From Monocercomonoides exilis PA203 (taxonomy: Eukaryota > Protista > Preaxostyla): a DNA stretch of 64,000 bases. The stretch covers positions 558,001 through 622,000 of the forward strand of contig LSRY02000018.1 in the NCBI GenBank assembly GCA_001643675.2, in the 5' to 3' direction. A program made the position numbers and the translations under genes. This document shows, piece after piece, positions 36,340 through 49,362 of the stretch. Under the pieces are notes generated by a model that saw only the letters and a list, made by a program, of their open reading frames with translations, was not told where the DNA came from and did not search any database. Within the stretch, counting starts at the first letter, position 1. Each line of letters begins with the position of its first letter.

Positions 36340-37010
36340 ATGATTTCGAGAACATTTTCAGATGCGGAAGCACAAAATCAGCCAACGGAGGATCAGCAAT
36401 GCGATGTGCGAGGAAATGAATAAGGTGAAACTGAAAGATTGGAATTTTTATGTGTGCTTTTCTCTGCATCGCATTAACTGGGACGAGGAATCCTCATTCG
36501 ATTATTGAATGAAAATCCCAATTTCCTGATAACCTCCGAATTCGGAACCAACACAACCAAATGGGGAAGAGATATCTTTGTCATTTCACCAAATTTGGAA
36601 GAAACTGCAAAATCAGAGGAAGTCATATGTGTGACAGCATCTTTGGATTCTGTCGACAGGGTGAGAGGATATGACAATGGAAATACGAGTGCAGCCATTC
36701 CTCTGTGCATCTATCTCATTCCCACTCCAGAAGAAATGTATATGAGCAATTCAGAGGCATCCGATCACTTACATTGAGGGATCGTCTAATTCCCTTGTTT
36801 GACAATGAAGCACTCACTCACAAGACAAACAGGAGAAAAGAAAGTTGTTGTGAATGGAATGACTTTAATGAGCGATAAATAAGCTTTTGCTGATCGGAAA
36901 CACGAAATAAAAGGAAATGATGAACTGAGTGGCTGGACAGTCTCTGATGCAAGTGGAACATCCAATTCAGCTTTGATAAAAGCAAGTGTTGAAACGGAAT
37001 TATCAAAACT
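36340..37010 (+). pseudogene. Fragment of the large repeat surface-protein family (paralog of 61.3-64 kb)
   Basis: WGRDIFV...AIPLCIYL...FPCLT matches the module GNDVFV...VIPLVVYL...APCSS at 61.7-62.0 kb. Confidence 0.6.
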
Positions 37011-39191
37011 CATCTTCTCTCTTCCGTCATCCCTTTTTCTTCGCTCCATTTTCATTCTCTCCTCATCATCATCTCTTCTTCTTCTATTCCAAACAAAAAA
37101 AATATGCACATTGATCAGATGGCGAAACTCCAACACACTTGCCTCCCTTTCGCCATAATTGTCTCATGCATTTACGCCACAGCACCATCCTGCATGCATC
37201 CAACAGGATCCAAACCACAATTTCAGATACGCTCTTCTCCTTTAACTACCATTAAATCATCATCAAGTCCATATCTTCTCTTTACAGATTCTTCCACTCC
37301 AGAAACTCAAGCAGCACTTCTTTCTCCGCATCCTACGACATATATTCCCTGTCTCTCCACTCTGCCTCCAGCACCCTCCCTTCTGCTTTCGCCCCACCAT
37401 GAGCCCTCACTCTCTGCTGCAACACTCATTCGACGACCTAATCATCAAATGTACTTGTTATTGCACAAACACTTTTCTCAGCAAGAAGCATAACGTACAA
37501 AATTACGTAAGAGTGCCATCATGCCCCAGTTCAATGGTTTATGTCCTTTTCGTACTGCCACTTTGCAGCGCGATCGATCCTGTCGCTTGCATCAGCACCT
37601 CTGTTGATATCTACGAAGCTGTCGTGCTCATCATCACCGCATCACACGCATAAATCCGCATCGCATGCATCTTCTCCCACTCCACAAACTTCCTCGCCTT
37701 CCATTCTTCCTCATTCACCTCCCACTCATCTCTCACAACATTCCAAAACTCCTTCACTACCATATGCTTTATCTCCGCTCGTTTTCCCAAGCCATTCAAC
37801 TCCAGCCCTTGTTTCCTCTCTTTCCTTCGCCTTCTCCTTCTTCTCCTCTTCATCTTCATCATCCTCATCATCTTCTTTTTCTTCTTCTTCTTATTCACCT
37901 TCTTCTTTTTCATCATCATCTTCTTCTTCTATATCTTCTTCTCCTTCATAACAGTATCCGCCTTTTCCTCTGTCTCAGCCACTGCCCTCATCTTCCATGT
38001 ACCCTCCATCACTCAAACAACCACGTCAATAGCATACACGCACTCATCAACAGCTCATTGTACTGAGATAAGCACCTCAAACATTCCATTTTCTTCCACT
38101 TTTGAGTTGGCCATGCTTCGCTATTTCTTTGGTGACACATCGTCTTCTGTTTCTGCATCACTGTTGGCTCCGACGATTGTGCTTGGGGTATCTTCAACTG
38201 CATCCATTGTATCATCATCTTCTTCTTCGTCATCGTCTTCTTCCCTTCCACCTTTATCTTCCTCAGCTTCTTCTTCCTTGGGCTCTCTGACTTCTCCAAC
38301 ATCTCTCGCTTCCTCCTCTTTCTCTGCTCTTCTTTCCTTCTCTCAGCCCATCCAGCAGATGTCTACATCCACCTTGCCTGGTCCTGCACCCACCAGACAG
38401 CCTCAGCCTTCATCTCAGTCTCAGTCTCAGTCTCAATCTCAATATCAATCTCAATCTCAATCATTGTCTTCCTATTTGAACGCGAACTCTCTCCACACCA
38501 GCATATCCTCAGCCACATCGCAGCTGTCACTCACACAGGAAAGCTCTCCCTTGCATTCGTCTCATTTGGCTCATCCAGTAGGCCTCCAACAATCTACTGC
38601 TGTTGCATCCCCAACTTCCTCATCAAACTTGCCAGCTCCAGTCACTTTGACTGCTATCATCTCCACCACTTCCTCCTCATCTCTTTAATCTACTCTTTCT
38701 GCGCCTCTTTCCTCTTCCGCAACTGATGCGCCGCTTCTCCTAGGCATATACTTTCCATCTTCACACACCTCGCTGCAGAAGCGCTTCTTCCATTCGCCTC
38801 CTCGTCTATTCAAATCCCCCAATCCTCTTGATGATGTACATCCACTAATGCTTTCGTCACACTCTTCCCATTCGTCGCATCAGGAGATGAGGAGGTCGAT
38901 GGAGCTACGCAAATACCGAATAACCAATGAAACAAGAAACATCAACGGGCAACTCGTCAGAACACACGCATTTGACATACTATTCAAAGCAGGTGCTTCC
39001 AGAGATGCATGTGATGAGGTTGACGAAAAGAGAGAAGAAGAGGAATGTGACAGATGAGATATATGAGATGATGAAGGAGATAGAAAAGAAGAAGAAGAAG
39101 GAACAGACACTCAAAAAAGAATAGAAATTGACGACAACGAAGAAGAAGAGAAGATGAAGAAGAAAAAGGAGAAGAAAACAAAGAAGAAGAA

Positions 39192-39223
<32 letters not shown>

Positions 39224-39419
39224 AAGATGAGATGAAGAAACAAAGTTGTAATGCACATCCTCTGCTGCCATCTTCAATGACTTGGAAGCATCCATAGGTT
39301 CAACCGCTGAGAAAGCGTTGTCTGTTAGAAATGGCGTACGAAGCATCATAACCGCGTTAACCCATCATCTGAACAGCATTTGACTGTCTTCTCAAATAAA
39401 CACCTCTTCTGTACCGAGC

Positions 39420-40330
39420 CTCTTGTCTGACGCGTTGAATGAACCCGCTTCCACGCCTTCTGCACCTATGCCTCCATTCACTTACCTAACCATATCAGCT
39501 GTTTATCCGCATCAGACGCCTCATCAAACACACACTCAAACGCATGCACTGACAGTGTCGCTGAACAATTGCTCAGAATCTCCTTCGCATTTCCTGCTTC
39601 TGCTCCTCTGCTCTGCCGTGCAGCTTCAATTCCCTTCTCCGATGTGAATTTCACCTTCACTGAATCATCCATGTGCAATATCAAACGACGCTTTTTCTTC
39701 ACAGAACAGCTGCCGCTGCTTCATCAAAGTGTGCGCATTCGCAAGGCGGATCAACTCATCCTGACTGATAAAGATATCAATCACAAACTTGTTCTCCTCT
39801 TCTTTGTGCTCGAACCATTCAACAAGAACGAAAAACATAACCACCAAATCTTCTACAATCGCCTGCTTCATCCCTGCTTCACTCTTTGTCCCATGCTGCA
39901 TGAGGATCTCCCACGGCTCTAAAGTTAGATTCCTCTTCGACTTTGTTTCTCAACAGGATCTCCGCCATTTCATCTGCATCTTTGCACGGCTTCAAGGCAG
40001 CGGCATGTTCAGCTCTCCCAGCACATCAAAAGTCTTCATGTGTGCAATGCGCACACGCATCATTCGCTGATTGCCTTTTTGTGTCAAGGCACTTCTAGTA
40101 ATCCCTCAACCAAATAGAACAACCACGGAACTCCGCTCTTCTATCTGCACTCACTTTTCCCTATCTTTTCCTCCTCTTCCTCCTCTTCTTCTTATCACTC
40201 CTCATAAATCGAACGACTTTTTCCCCCTTATTACTTCATCGGATTTATCTTTTTCCTCAATTATTGTCAAATGATCAACTTATATTTCCACCTGTTCCTC
40301 AAACTTTCTCCTCTTCCATCTGAAGTGATG
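39420..40330 (+). pseudogene. Possible NTE/patatin-like phospholipase remnant
   Basis: RIRKADQLIL...KLVLLF...HNHQI weakly resembles the NTE1/PNPLA6 RQAD..ELVLLH..HHH region. No GxSxG or glycine-rich loop is visible. Confidence 0.2.
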
Positions 40331-41310
40331 CCCAATGACCCATCTTCTGTCTCACTCTCCTCTGCTCTTGAAATCTCCTGTCGAATGCTATCTGCTGGAG
40401 AAGAATTGCTCATTTCAGGTTCCACTGAATACTTTTTGCCTGCGCTCGCCTCAGTCTCTGTCCTCGCATTCACAAACCTCAACCGACTCATTCCAAGCGC
40501 CTCCGCAACCAGCGGCGCCATTGCTTCTTCCAGCTTCCACTGGTTATCTTTGATTTTCTCCACAAACTCTCTGTGCGCTGCCGGATACCCACCTTTCACT
40601 TCATTTCCTCCTCCTTCCTCTTCCTCTTCCCGCTCCTCCAGCACCGCCAGCACCGCCAGCGCAATCGCTGCTGGAGACAGAACCGCATCATTCATCCTCA
40701 GCCCCTCTTCCTCCAGCACCTTCTCCACAATCTCTCTCACTTTTCACACTGCAACCCCTCGCCCCATCACTTTCTCATCCAACTTCATCATCACATGTCT
40801 CGACTGCGGCAATCGCCATATCTGCTGTGAAGTGTCAAACAAATTGTAGATCAACGGGAACGCATTCACTTCTACCGCTGCATATACCCTCATGCTCCCA
40901 GAGTTCTTGCTCACAGACTCTGCAAGAGTAGGAAGCTGCCCCACTAACGCAACCGAAAGCATCACCAAAAGCTCCACATCGTACACATACACAACACTTT
41001 CACACAGCACCGACAGCCGCTCCTCGTCATAACCTCGCGGAGCTTGTCAAATCCTCAACAACGATTTCTTTTGAATTGAATTCACTTCAGCTGCTTTTTA
41101 AACAACAATCCGCAACTGCCTCTCGATGTCGTCCATCGCCACTTCCGACGTATGTGACACCGCCACGGCCGAGGCATCCGAAGAATCAATTGCAGATGCT
41201 GATGATGTAGATGAAGATAAAGAGAATACTGGCTTCTTGTCTCATCCAGCCTTCTTCTCTTCTCTTCTCCACTTCCAGAACTGTGAAATAGACGAAGAAA
41301 ACAACACGTG
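40267..41310 (-). pseudogene. Orphan repeated domain, copy 3
   Basis: MLSVALVGQLPTLAESV..VYAAVEVNAFPLIYNLFD..KLDEKVMGRGVAV*KVREIVEKVLEEEGLRMNDAVLSPAAIALA. Confidence 0.65.
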
Positions 41311-41916
41311 CTGAGATGAAAACAAGTTATTTGATACAAACTTTTAGAATCTTTATTTGAGAAGAGATTGTATTTTTGAGTTTGTAATAATGAAGATTTG
41401 TTTTGAAAAATTACATTTCATGTTGCATTTCTGGATGACAACAATTAATATTGCTCAATGTTTTCAATTTTTCGAATATCCTTCGATTGTTACGAGTGTT
41501 GTTTTGATGTATTTTTCCTGTTTGATTATTTCTTAAAAAAATTCCTGAATTTATGGAAATCAATTTTATTTATCTTTCAAAAAATGAAAATAATAAAATC
41601 TTAGCTCCTGTTCATAAAATCATAACGAATATTGGAAAAGATGAAATGAAAATGAAGAAAAAAAAACATGTTACTCATTTGACTCAAATAGTTGGAAAGC
41701 TGAATCTTTCAAATGAATATTTCAAAATAAAGTTAAAAATTTATATGATATAAACAAATTTGTTTATTATTTTTCTATAAAAAGCGAAATAAATAACAAC
41801 AAATAACATTTATAAAACTAAAATGGGAACGGAATGATCAACATTTTTTGATCTTTTTTGATCTTTTGTGGGACAAAATTAAAGTCGTGGAACTTTTCAA
41901 AAAAATTCAGACATAT

Positions 41917-42176
41917 TGGTGATTATTTTTGAAATCATATTTTTTCTTACAAAAATTTCGGTGCACATATATTTGTTTAATAACAATTAAAAAACACAGA
42001 AGAGTGAAAAGACTTATTCAAAACATTTTTAATCTTTCATTTAACTGAAACAATTGTATTTTAAAAAACAATTATCACGCTATTGTTATTTTGAAACAAA
42101 AATTTCTTTCGAAAAACTTTTAATCTTTGAAAAATCAACACCCCGAAAAAAGAAATGATTTCAAGAATTATCACCC
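41917..42176. mobile_element. MITE unit A copy (260 bp) between two degenerate unit-B-like segments
   Basis: ATAT|TGGTGATTATTTTTGAAATCATAT...ATGATTTCAAGAATTATCACCC|AT. B-like sequence at about 41680-41912 and 42180-42380 (AAATTTCTGTTCCCACTCA). Confidence 0.75.
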
Positions 42177-43099
42177 ATACAAAATAAAAATTTCACTATT
42201 TCATCAAATTTCTGTTCCCACTCACCATATTTCGCTGTCATGATAACAAATTATTGAAAATATCAGTATTTCCATTATGGTGAAACTTGGCAAGTCGGAA
42301 TGAATATTAGATGAAAATATTCAGTTTTTGTTTTCATCTAAAATATAGCAAAAAGAACTTTTCGATAAATAAAAATCTCCATTAATGATGTTGAATTGAT
42401 TGAAAGAGAAAATAGTTATTTCACTTCCTTCCTCCAAGATTTATGTTAGCGCTGCGTAATTGGTCAGTCACCCAGCTGATCAAATGGCACTTTATGAAAT
42501 GGTGCACATAGGTGCAAATGAAAGATTTTGAAAAGAACTTATAATTGGCAAATTGAAATATTTTAAAAAAGTTGCAAAAAGCACATGTTTGAAAAACAGA
42601 AAAGACACAATTTAATTAAATTGAATGTTTTAAATATAAACTTTAAAGAGAAGGAGTAATAATTATTGAATTTTTCACATCATTGTTATTCAGCAATGAC
42701 GGATTCCTAAGGGGATGGGATGTCTAAGTTGTGTAGGGAGTAAGAAAAGGAAGTGAAATAACTATTTTCTCTTTCAATCAAAACACAAGCGTTTTGATAA
42801 TAGAGAAAACATTTATTTCACTTCCTTCTCTTATATTTTTATGAACAAAAATAATTGGGAAGGTTTGATAATGTGAATTAGCTTGGACTAATATTCTTTT
42901 CTTCACGTTGTTTCTTTTCCAATTCTTTTTTTCTTTGAGATCTTGTGCAAATAATAAATTCAATCTTAGCCACGCTGATAACTGTCTGAAAAGCATTGTT
43001 TTCTTCGGTGTCCTCTGGTTCTTCAACTTTATCTGGGTATGCAAATACTGTTTGTTATTTTTGATCTCCGCTTTCACATATTTTCTTTGTTGGTGTTTG

Positions 43100-44115
43100 T
43101 TCTTCGGATTTTGAACTGGAATTTGTTTCGGAATCGGATTCCGCCTCAGAATCTGAATCGGACCCTGACTCAGACCTTCTTTCTTCAGATTGGAGGATTG
43201 TTGAATTGCATCTTGCTATCAAGCGGGCCAGCTTTCTTTACACATCTGGTTGGACAAAATGCTTTGTGATGGTGTTGCTTCTAGGAGAGAGTCTGGCAAA
43301 CTTAACAATTTGGGCTAAGGGAATTCCTGCAATCGTTAGCGCAGTGATTGACACATACTTCAATGAGTAAGGTCCGAATCACTTCGGAATCCCAGCATCC
43401 TGTAACATTTCTGCTGCATAATTACGAATCCTTCTTTCAGAAAGAGTCAGATGAGTTTTTTCATCTGTGAATAGTGAAGTATCATTTAGCTGAGATTCTA
43501 TGATTCTGTTTCAAAGTTCTTTAACTGAAGCTGCTGGACACACAAGCGGCTGTTCTTTTATGAACGGGATGATAATATCTGTACGTTCTGTTGATGTTTT
43601 TAATGATGAATCGAGTTTTATTGAATCGTCTCCAATTGTTGAATTCTGTAGGTTTATCTTTTCCAGCTCCGAAAAGCGACAGGCTAGAACAACATACATG
43701 TGCAAATAGCCTTTTTTGTCAATACGTGAAAGTTAAGATTTCTGTTCTTTCATAATGATGTTATTTTCTGAAGCAGGAGTTGGGGGTTCCAGATCTCTTG
43801 TTTGTCTTTTTTCTTACTGTTTTCTGATCTTCTGAATGATTTTTAGAGCCTTTGTATGAGTGCAGATTCTCCAAGGCCTCAGTTGTTCAGTAATTCTGAG
43901 ATGAGCGAAAATGCAGCGCTTGTTTGTTTGAGCTTTGAAGTTTTTGTCCCTTTATCTTTTAGGCTTATGAAAATTGAGGCACATTTTTTAAACCCACTCA
44001 TTCCATGCTTCCGGTGGTTTTCCGCTTCTTTTATCTTCCCATATTTCAATGAAACGCGCATAGCTATATGAATATCCTTTCCATGTGTTTTCGACAATGC
44101 TATTTTTGCAATCAT
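43100..44115 (-). pseudogene. DIRS tyrosine recombinase
   Basis: LACRFSELEKI (box I Arg), VCPAASVKEL, and GPYSLKYVSITALTIAGIPLAQIVKFARL (degenerate box II). Confidence 0.8.
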
Positions 44116-44189
44116 CGATCACCCTTTCAAAAAAATCCCTCTGAAACAAGCATTTTCCGAAACCATTTTTCTCCTTGCGATTCTAAGGA

Positions 44190-46303
44190 TTGATTAGAAC
44201 TATTCTCATTCTGCCCGGCGGAAGACTTGCTTCCATCGGTTTCATCCATCTTCCTTTCTGCAAAACCTGGTTCTATTCTTTCCCTCTCTATTCGCAGTGT
44301 CTCGACATTCTTATCAGTGGTTTCCATATCTGCCCTCTCCAATCAGGAATCAGAAGAAGAACATGTGCCTTTTCCTCCGTTGATTTCACAACTTTTGAAC
44401 TTTAAGTGTTATCCATGGATATGGTTTAATAACGCCTCTTTGCCATGATTGCTGGAGTCCGTCTTCGTTTCGTGTGCTTCCTGGAACGCACCATCGGTCC
44501 GCTTTCGTGTTCTCCGTCGCGAACGCATCCAACGTTATTTTGAGATTGAGATTTTCTGTGACCTCGTTTAGCTCTTCTTGTTTTATGGAGTAATCTCCCA
44601 CTCTTTCTGGCCTGGAGAGAGCATCTGCTCTGACATTCTTCGAACCTGGCAAGTGTTGAGCTTTTATCTGAATGTGACCGTTCTGATAAATATGTCCACA
44701 CTTTCATTAGCAACTTCCTGAGATTTGTTCCAGCATTCCATCGATTGACGTTGAAAACTGCTGTTGTATTGTCTGATCTGATTAGCAATCTACAGACTTA
44801 GTTCGCCTGAAGAATATATCTGAAGTAGTTGAGTGCTCAATTAATTGCATATAATTCTTTGTAATTCGAGCTCTGGCATCTCAACTTCCCTGGAAGCGAT
44901 TGATGGAAATCGTATTTCTTGCCGTTCATCAGTAGAAAAGCTCCCACAACTCTCTCTGTTGCATCTGTCGTTAAGGTTGCTTGTGGCAGGAATAATTGGC
45001 AAAGCTGTCTCGGTTTGTTCGCATTCAGTCTCGATATCCATTTTTGAATGCTCGGAAGGATTGATGGGTTGACTCTCATTCTTCCTTTCCACCCCACCTT
45101 TTTGATCATTCTGTTCAGCAGCATGGACATCGATGGAGGAAAAAGTGAAGCTTCATTGAAAACGAAGCGAGTTGCACTTTGCTTGCCAATGAACGATGCG
45201 AAATCTCTCACTTATGTTTGCTTGAATTTCAGTGCTCGGAGCCTCCATCTGTAGCATTCCGTGAGCAATTCTTTCTTTCAGCTTTTCTCAAAAGTTAAGG
45301 TGAAGTTGGAAGTGTACCATGAGTATCCAAAAGATGAAAACCGATTTAATGGTTCTATGTGGCTCTTTTCCAGATTGACAATAAGTCCAAGTTTCTGAAA
45401 TAGACTTATAACTTCTTGTGCGATTCTCTTTAGTTCTTGCTTGTCTTGATAGAGCAAGACTTCGTTGTCCAAAGGTGCAACCGCTTTCACCTTCCATCTT
45501 TCCCGAATGAAAGCAATGAACAATCTCATAATTATTGTATATATTCTTGAAGAGTCCTTGTAACAGAAAGGCATGCTGGTGAAGCAATAAAATTCTTTGT
45601 TGAATTCGAAGCTTAGAAAAGGAGTGAAATCCAAGGAAACCTTGATGAGATAGTTCGCTTGGCTTAAGTCTAGTGTGACTGTGAAATCCCCATTCTTTTT
45701 AATTCTTTCCACAGATCGATGATCCTCTTGTTTGAAGGAAATTGTTTTTATCGCATTAATTAATCTCCTGCAATCCACAATCTGTCTCCAGCTTCCATTT
45801 CTTTATTTGATTGCAAATATTGGATTGACAAATCTCACTTGGTTTTTGGTGATTTTCCTGAGAATTCCCGTTTTCACTTGAACTTTGATTAACTCCGACA
45901 AAGCTTCCCTTGCTTCTTGTGATTTCTCCGGTCTCCTGCAACTTTCCTGAGAATTGATAAGGGTTTTGCGAGCTTCTGCACTCCTCCAAACCGGAACAAC
46001 TCCTCTTTTGATCATCTTTTCTCCTCCCACCATTTTCCAAGCCTTGGCAAATAATGCCGTTCTTCCACCAATTGTTAAGTCGTGTTTTATTGATATTTTG
46101 CTTTGTCCCCGGAACTCCCTCTTGAGTAATTTCTTGGAGCGCTGCTTGTGATGAATGATCGTTTTGTGCTGGGCGTCTGGGGCCAATCTCGAAAAAACCG
46201 ATAATTCTTTGCTTTGCTTTGAAATCCCCTGGTTTGTTTCCTCCTTGGATATGAATTTGATACACTTGCTGATCCCCATCTCAATTTCGAAGATGTTTTC
46301 CAT
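44190..46303 (-). pseudogene. DIRS pol: reverse transcriptase, RNase H and methyltransferase-like domain
   Basis: RT: VNPIFAIK, VDCRRLIN, TLDLSQANY, CFTSMPF, decayed YxDD (APLDN), LGLIVNLEKS. RNase H: LTTDAT, SSNYKELYA, IRSDNTTAV, PGSKNVRADALSR. MT: LDAFAT..DGLQQSW..PDWRGQIW. Confidence 0.9.
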
Positions 46304-47717
46304 GATTCTTCAAAAATTTCTTTTTGCCCGTAAGTTAACAGCGATTATGAAAATTCATCTTTCATTTTTTCTTCTTCAAAAAACCCATATCTTTGTTGTA
46401 TTCTAACGTGTCTCGCTTCTTTCAGTGACTGGGTTAAAAGGAAACATGAATCTTCAATCATATCTTTTATTGTGTCTTCTGATTTGATATTTGAACATGC
46501 CGAGATAAGAAACTTTATTGCTGGATAAAGATATGTTTCCGTCCGTTCCCCCGCACGATCGAACGCGTCTTTCCAAAATATTTTGGATCTTGTAAATGGT
46601 GGTGGAGCATTCTGAAAAAAGGGACTCAAATCTTCGTCTTTCAATAATAATAATGCTTCGTTAATTTTATTCTCTGGTTGATGCATATCGCAAAGTGAAA
46701 TTTCTGGCGGCTGTCCAAATATTTCCATGAAAGCTTGCTACAAAGAAGAATCTCCTTCATCTTCTTCAATTCGCATTGGATCTGTTCGGCCATCAAGCTC
46801 CGACTGAACGCTTGATTGGGAAGCGGAATAACTCCCTGATATTGAGGGAATTGCAATCGGAGATCCACCAGTCAGCAGAGATGCTCAACGTTTGATCGCG
46901 AGTCCGGTTCCCATGAAAATAGTCGATATTCTTCTTTTTGATCAGCGATCGTGACTAACCCATAACGTGGCGCTATCATAAATATAAAAGAAGGAAGTGA
47001 AATAAATGTTTTCTCTGTAATCAAAACGCTTGTGTTTTGATCTGTTGAATACATAAATATTTTTAATGTAACGATAAAAAAATTGAAACGGAAAATTAAA
47101 AATGAAAATATTGAATCATCTATTTCAAAACATTCAAAGAGTTTTAACTTTTTCTTTTTCGTTTCTTTTCTTTCTTTTTTTGTTTGATACGTTTTTTTGT
47201 GGTGTTTTAATTTTCTCAAAGATAAAAATGTGTGAAATAAGAAAGCATTCATTTTATGTGTCTGTGGAAATCAAAGAGTGAATTATTTTAAATATTTTTA
47301 TTCGAGTAGAAATAGTTGCAATTGAAGTGAGTCCATCAATTTTTTGTTCGAATGACTAAATGAAGAAGAAAATCATAACATATCTTCAGAACACAAAGGA
47401 GTCTCAATGTGAATGAAACTCATAAAAGAAATTTTAATTATTCGTTAATATGGTGCACACCTAAAACTTAACAAAGTCGAAAACCTTTTATTCAAAGTCG
47501 AAAAACTTTCAAACGAGATCGTATTATTTTTATCACAATCACAATGAGTTCATTTGTATTTAGAATTTTTTGAAAATAATTTTTATCTTATAATTTTTAT
47601 TAATTTTCACATTGAATTGTTTTCAATTAATTGTTTTCAAATACAATTAAAGTGAAGAAAAGAAAAATTTCACTGGTAATAATACTTTGTCTTTAATGAT
47701 TAATCAACATCCGAATA

Positions 47718-48900
47718 TTATTCATTGTGAAGATGTTGCATTATTAAATGAAAAGAGTTTGATTCAGAAACATCAATCAATGGAGAAGATGATTTATTTC
47801 TCACAAAGAACTGATCAAATAATCTTGATGAAGTTGTTTGAAAAATCTTGAAGAATTGACAGATGAAGAAGCTAAACAAAGCAGAAGCAGAAGTTGTATA
47901 ACATGGAACAATTTGAACATCATCACTTTCAGGCATAATTTCTTCAATGTTCGAATTCTAACACTTCGCTTGAAAAATTTTGAATGAATCACTGAGATCT
48001 TTTTATTGCTGTGCAAAAAGAGTAAAATTGAATTGAACCATATTGACACATTTAATAACATCCTTTCAAGTGATATCTTCCAACGATATATTCAGATGCT
48101 CAATAAACTTCTTGTATTTTTGATGGAAGAAGGGATTTTCATTCGAGCTTTCCACATTCCAAACACATATTCGATAGGATTAAGTTCGCAACTATTCGGC
48201 GTAGTGTGTTAGATACGGAAGTTCTTTGAAGTGATCAAATTAATCACTGCCTCTGTCTTTTGCAGTCTCACATTATCCTTTTCGGACAGAAAATAAAAGA
48301 CTTCCATGAGATTGCAGTTTCTCCATTGAAGATAAAAAAATCACTCTAATTCTTTGGTCATTCACACTTCATTCAACAAAAGAAACATGTTCAATTCCAG
48401 AAAGTTCACCGAATGCTGTGATTGCTGTGACTGTTTTTTTCTCCATTTCTTTGTATAGAATACATAGTTTCCCAACAGGAGAGCCACCTTCAACTCTCAA
48501 TTCCAAAAAGTCAAATCCAGATTCATCCATACAAATAAATATTCTTCCTTTTATTTTATTCTGAATGTTTTTTTTATCAAAATATTTTCTTAACCATAAT
48601 GTTTTATCATCAGCTGGTATATTTTCAAATTTTTATTCGTTTCACTGAAAAGTCAGTTGAAACATGCTCAAATTTTTTTTCAAAATTCAAATGACGGAGA
48701 ATTGCTGTCGCAGTTGGCTTTGATTTGCATATACCACACATTGAATCTGATAATTCTTTGGAAGCAACTGTTGAATTTTTCTATAGCATTTCTGCCATTT
48801 TGTCAGATACTGCTTTTGTTATCTTTTCGTATACGCTAACTCCACAGCGCTTTGGTGGCTTTTCTTCTCGTGAAATCAGCAAAGGTTCAAAAGCGTTCCT
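47718..48900 (-). pseudogene. IS630/Tc1-like DD34E transposase remnant
   Basis: FICMDESGFD near 48520, then KDNVRLQK...PNSCELNPIEYVFGMWK with 34 residues between D and E. Stops and frameshifts present. Confidence 0.85.
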
Positions 48901-49123
48901 TTCGCAATTTGCGGTTATAAACACAAAATTGAGAACGAATAAATAGATTATTATTTTAGAACTTTTTTATTGACAGATTTTTCGAAAATAAATTTTTTTG
49001 TTGAAAAAAATGATTTTTTGAAAAATGATTTTTTAAAACATGAATATCCTTAAAAAATATATTCAAAATTTAAAGAAAAATGTGATTTTTTGCACATTGA
49101 AAGTGTTTGCAATATAATATTGA

Positions 49124-49362
49124 TGTAAAGATTTTTTTGTAAAGTACCTTTTGTTTTATTCTCAAATAAAATAATATTTTTATATTTCGATCAAATTTCT
49201 GTTCCCACTATCGAAACTATTCTAGAATGGAAATAATAACATTGTTAAGATTTTATTTTTATGACAGCGAAGTTTCGTGAGTGGGAACAGTAATTTGATC
49301 GAAATATAAAGTTTTATTTTATTTGAAAATATATCAAAAGGAACTTCAAAAATATTTAGACA
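49124..49362. mobile_element. Degenerate solo MITE unit B (about 240 bp)
   Basis: Arms ATTTCGATCAAATTTCTGTTCCCACT / AGTGGGAACAGTAATTTGATCGAAAT. Confidence 0.7.

Larger units (their letters stand above)
42396..47041 (-). mobile_element. DIRS1-like tyrosine-recombinase retrotransposon, structurally complete, ORFs decayed
   Basis: Domain order on the minus strand is gag-like, RT, RNase H, MT, YR. Imperfect inverted terminal repeats at about 46935-47041 and 42396-42484. The internal complementary region 42747-42845 pairs with both termini. Confidence 0.92.

Noticed and set aside
31637-48900. Fanzor/TnpB nuclease associated with the Tc1/IS630 elements
   Set aside because: No RuvC motifs (DPG, ExxTS, RDxNAAxN) with a zinc ribbon were found beside either transposase.
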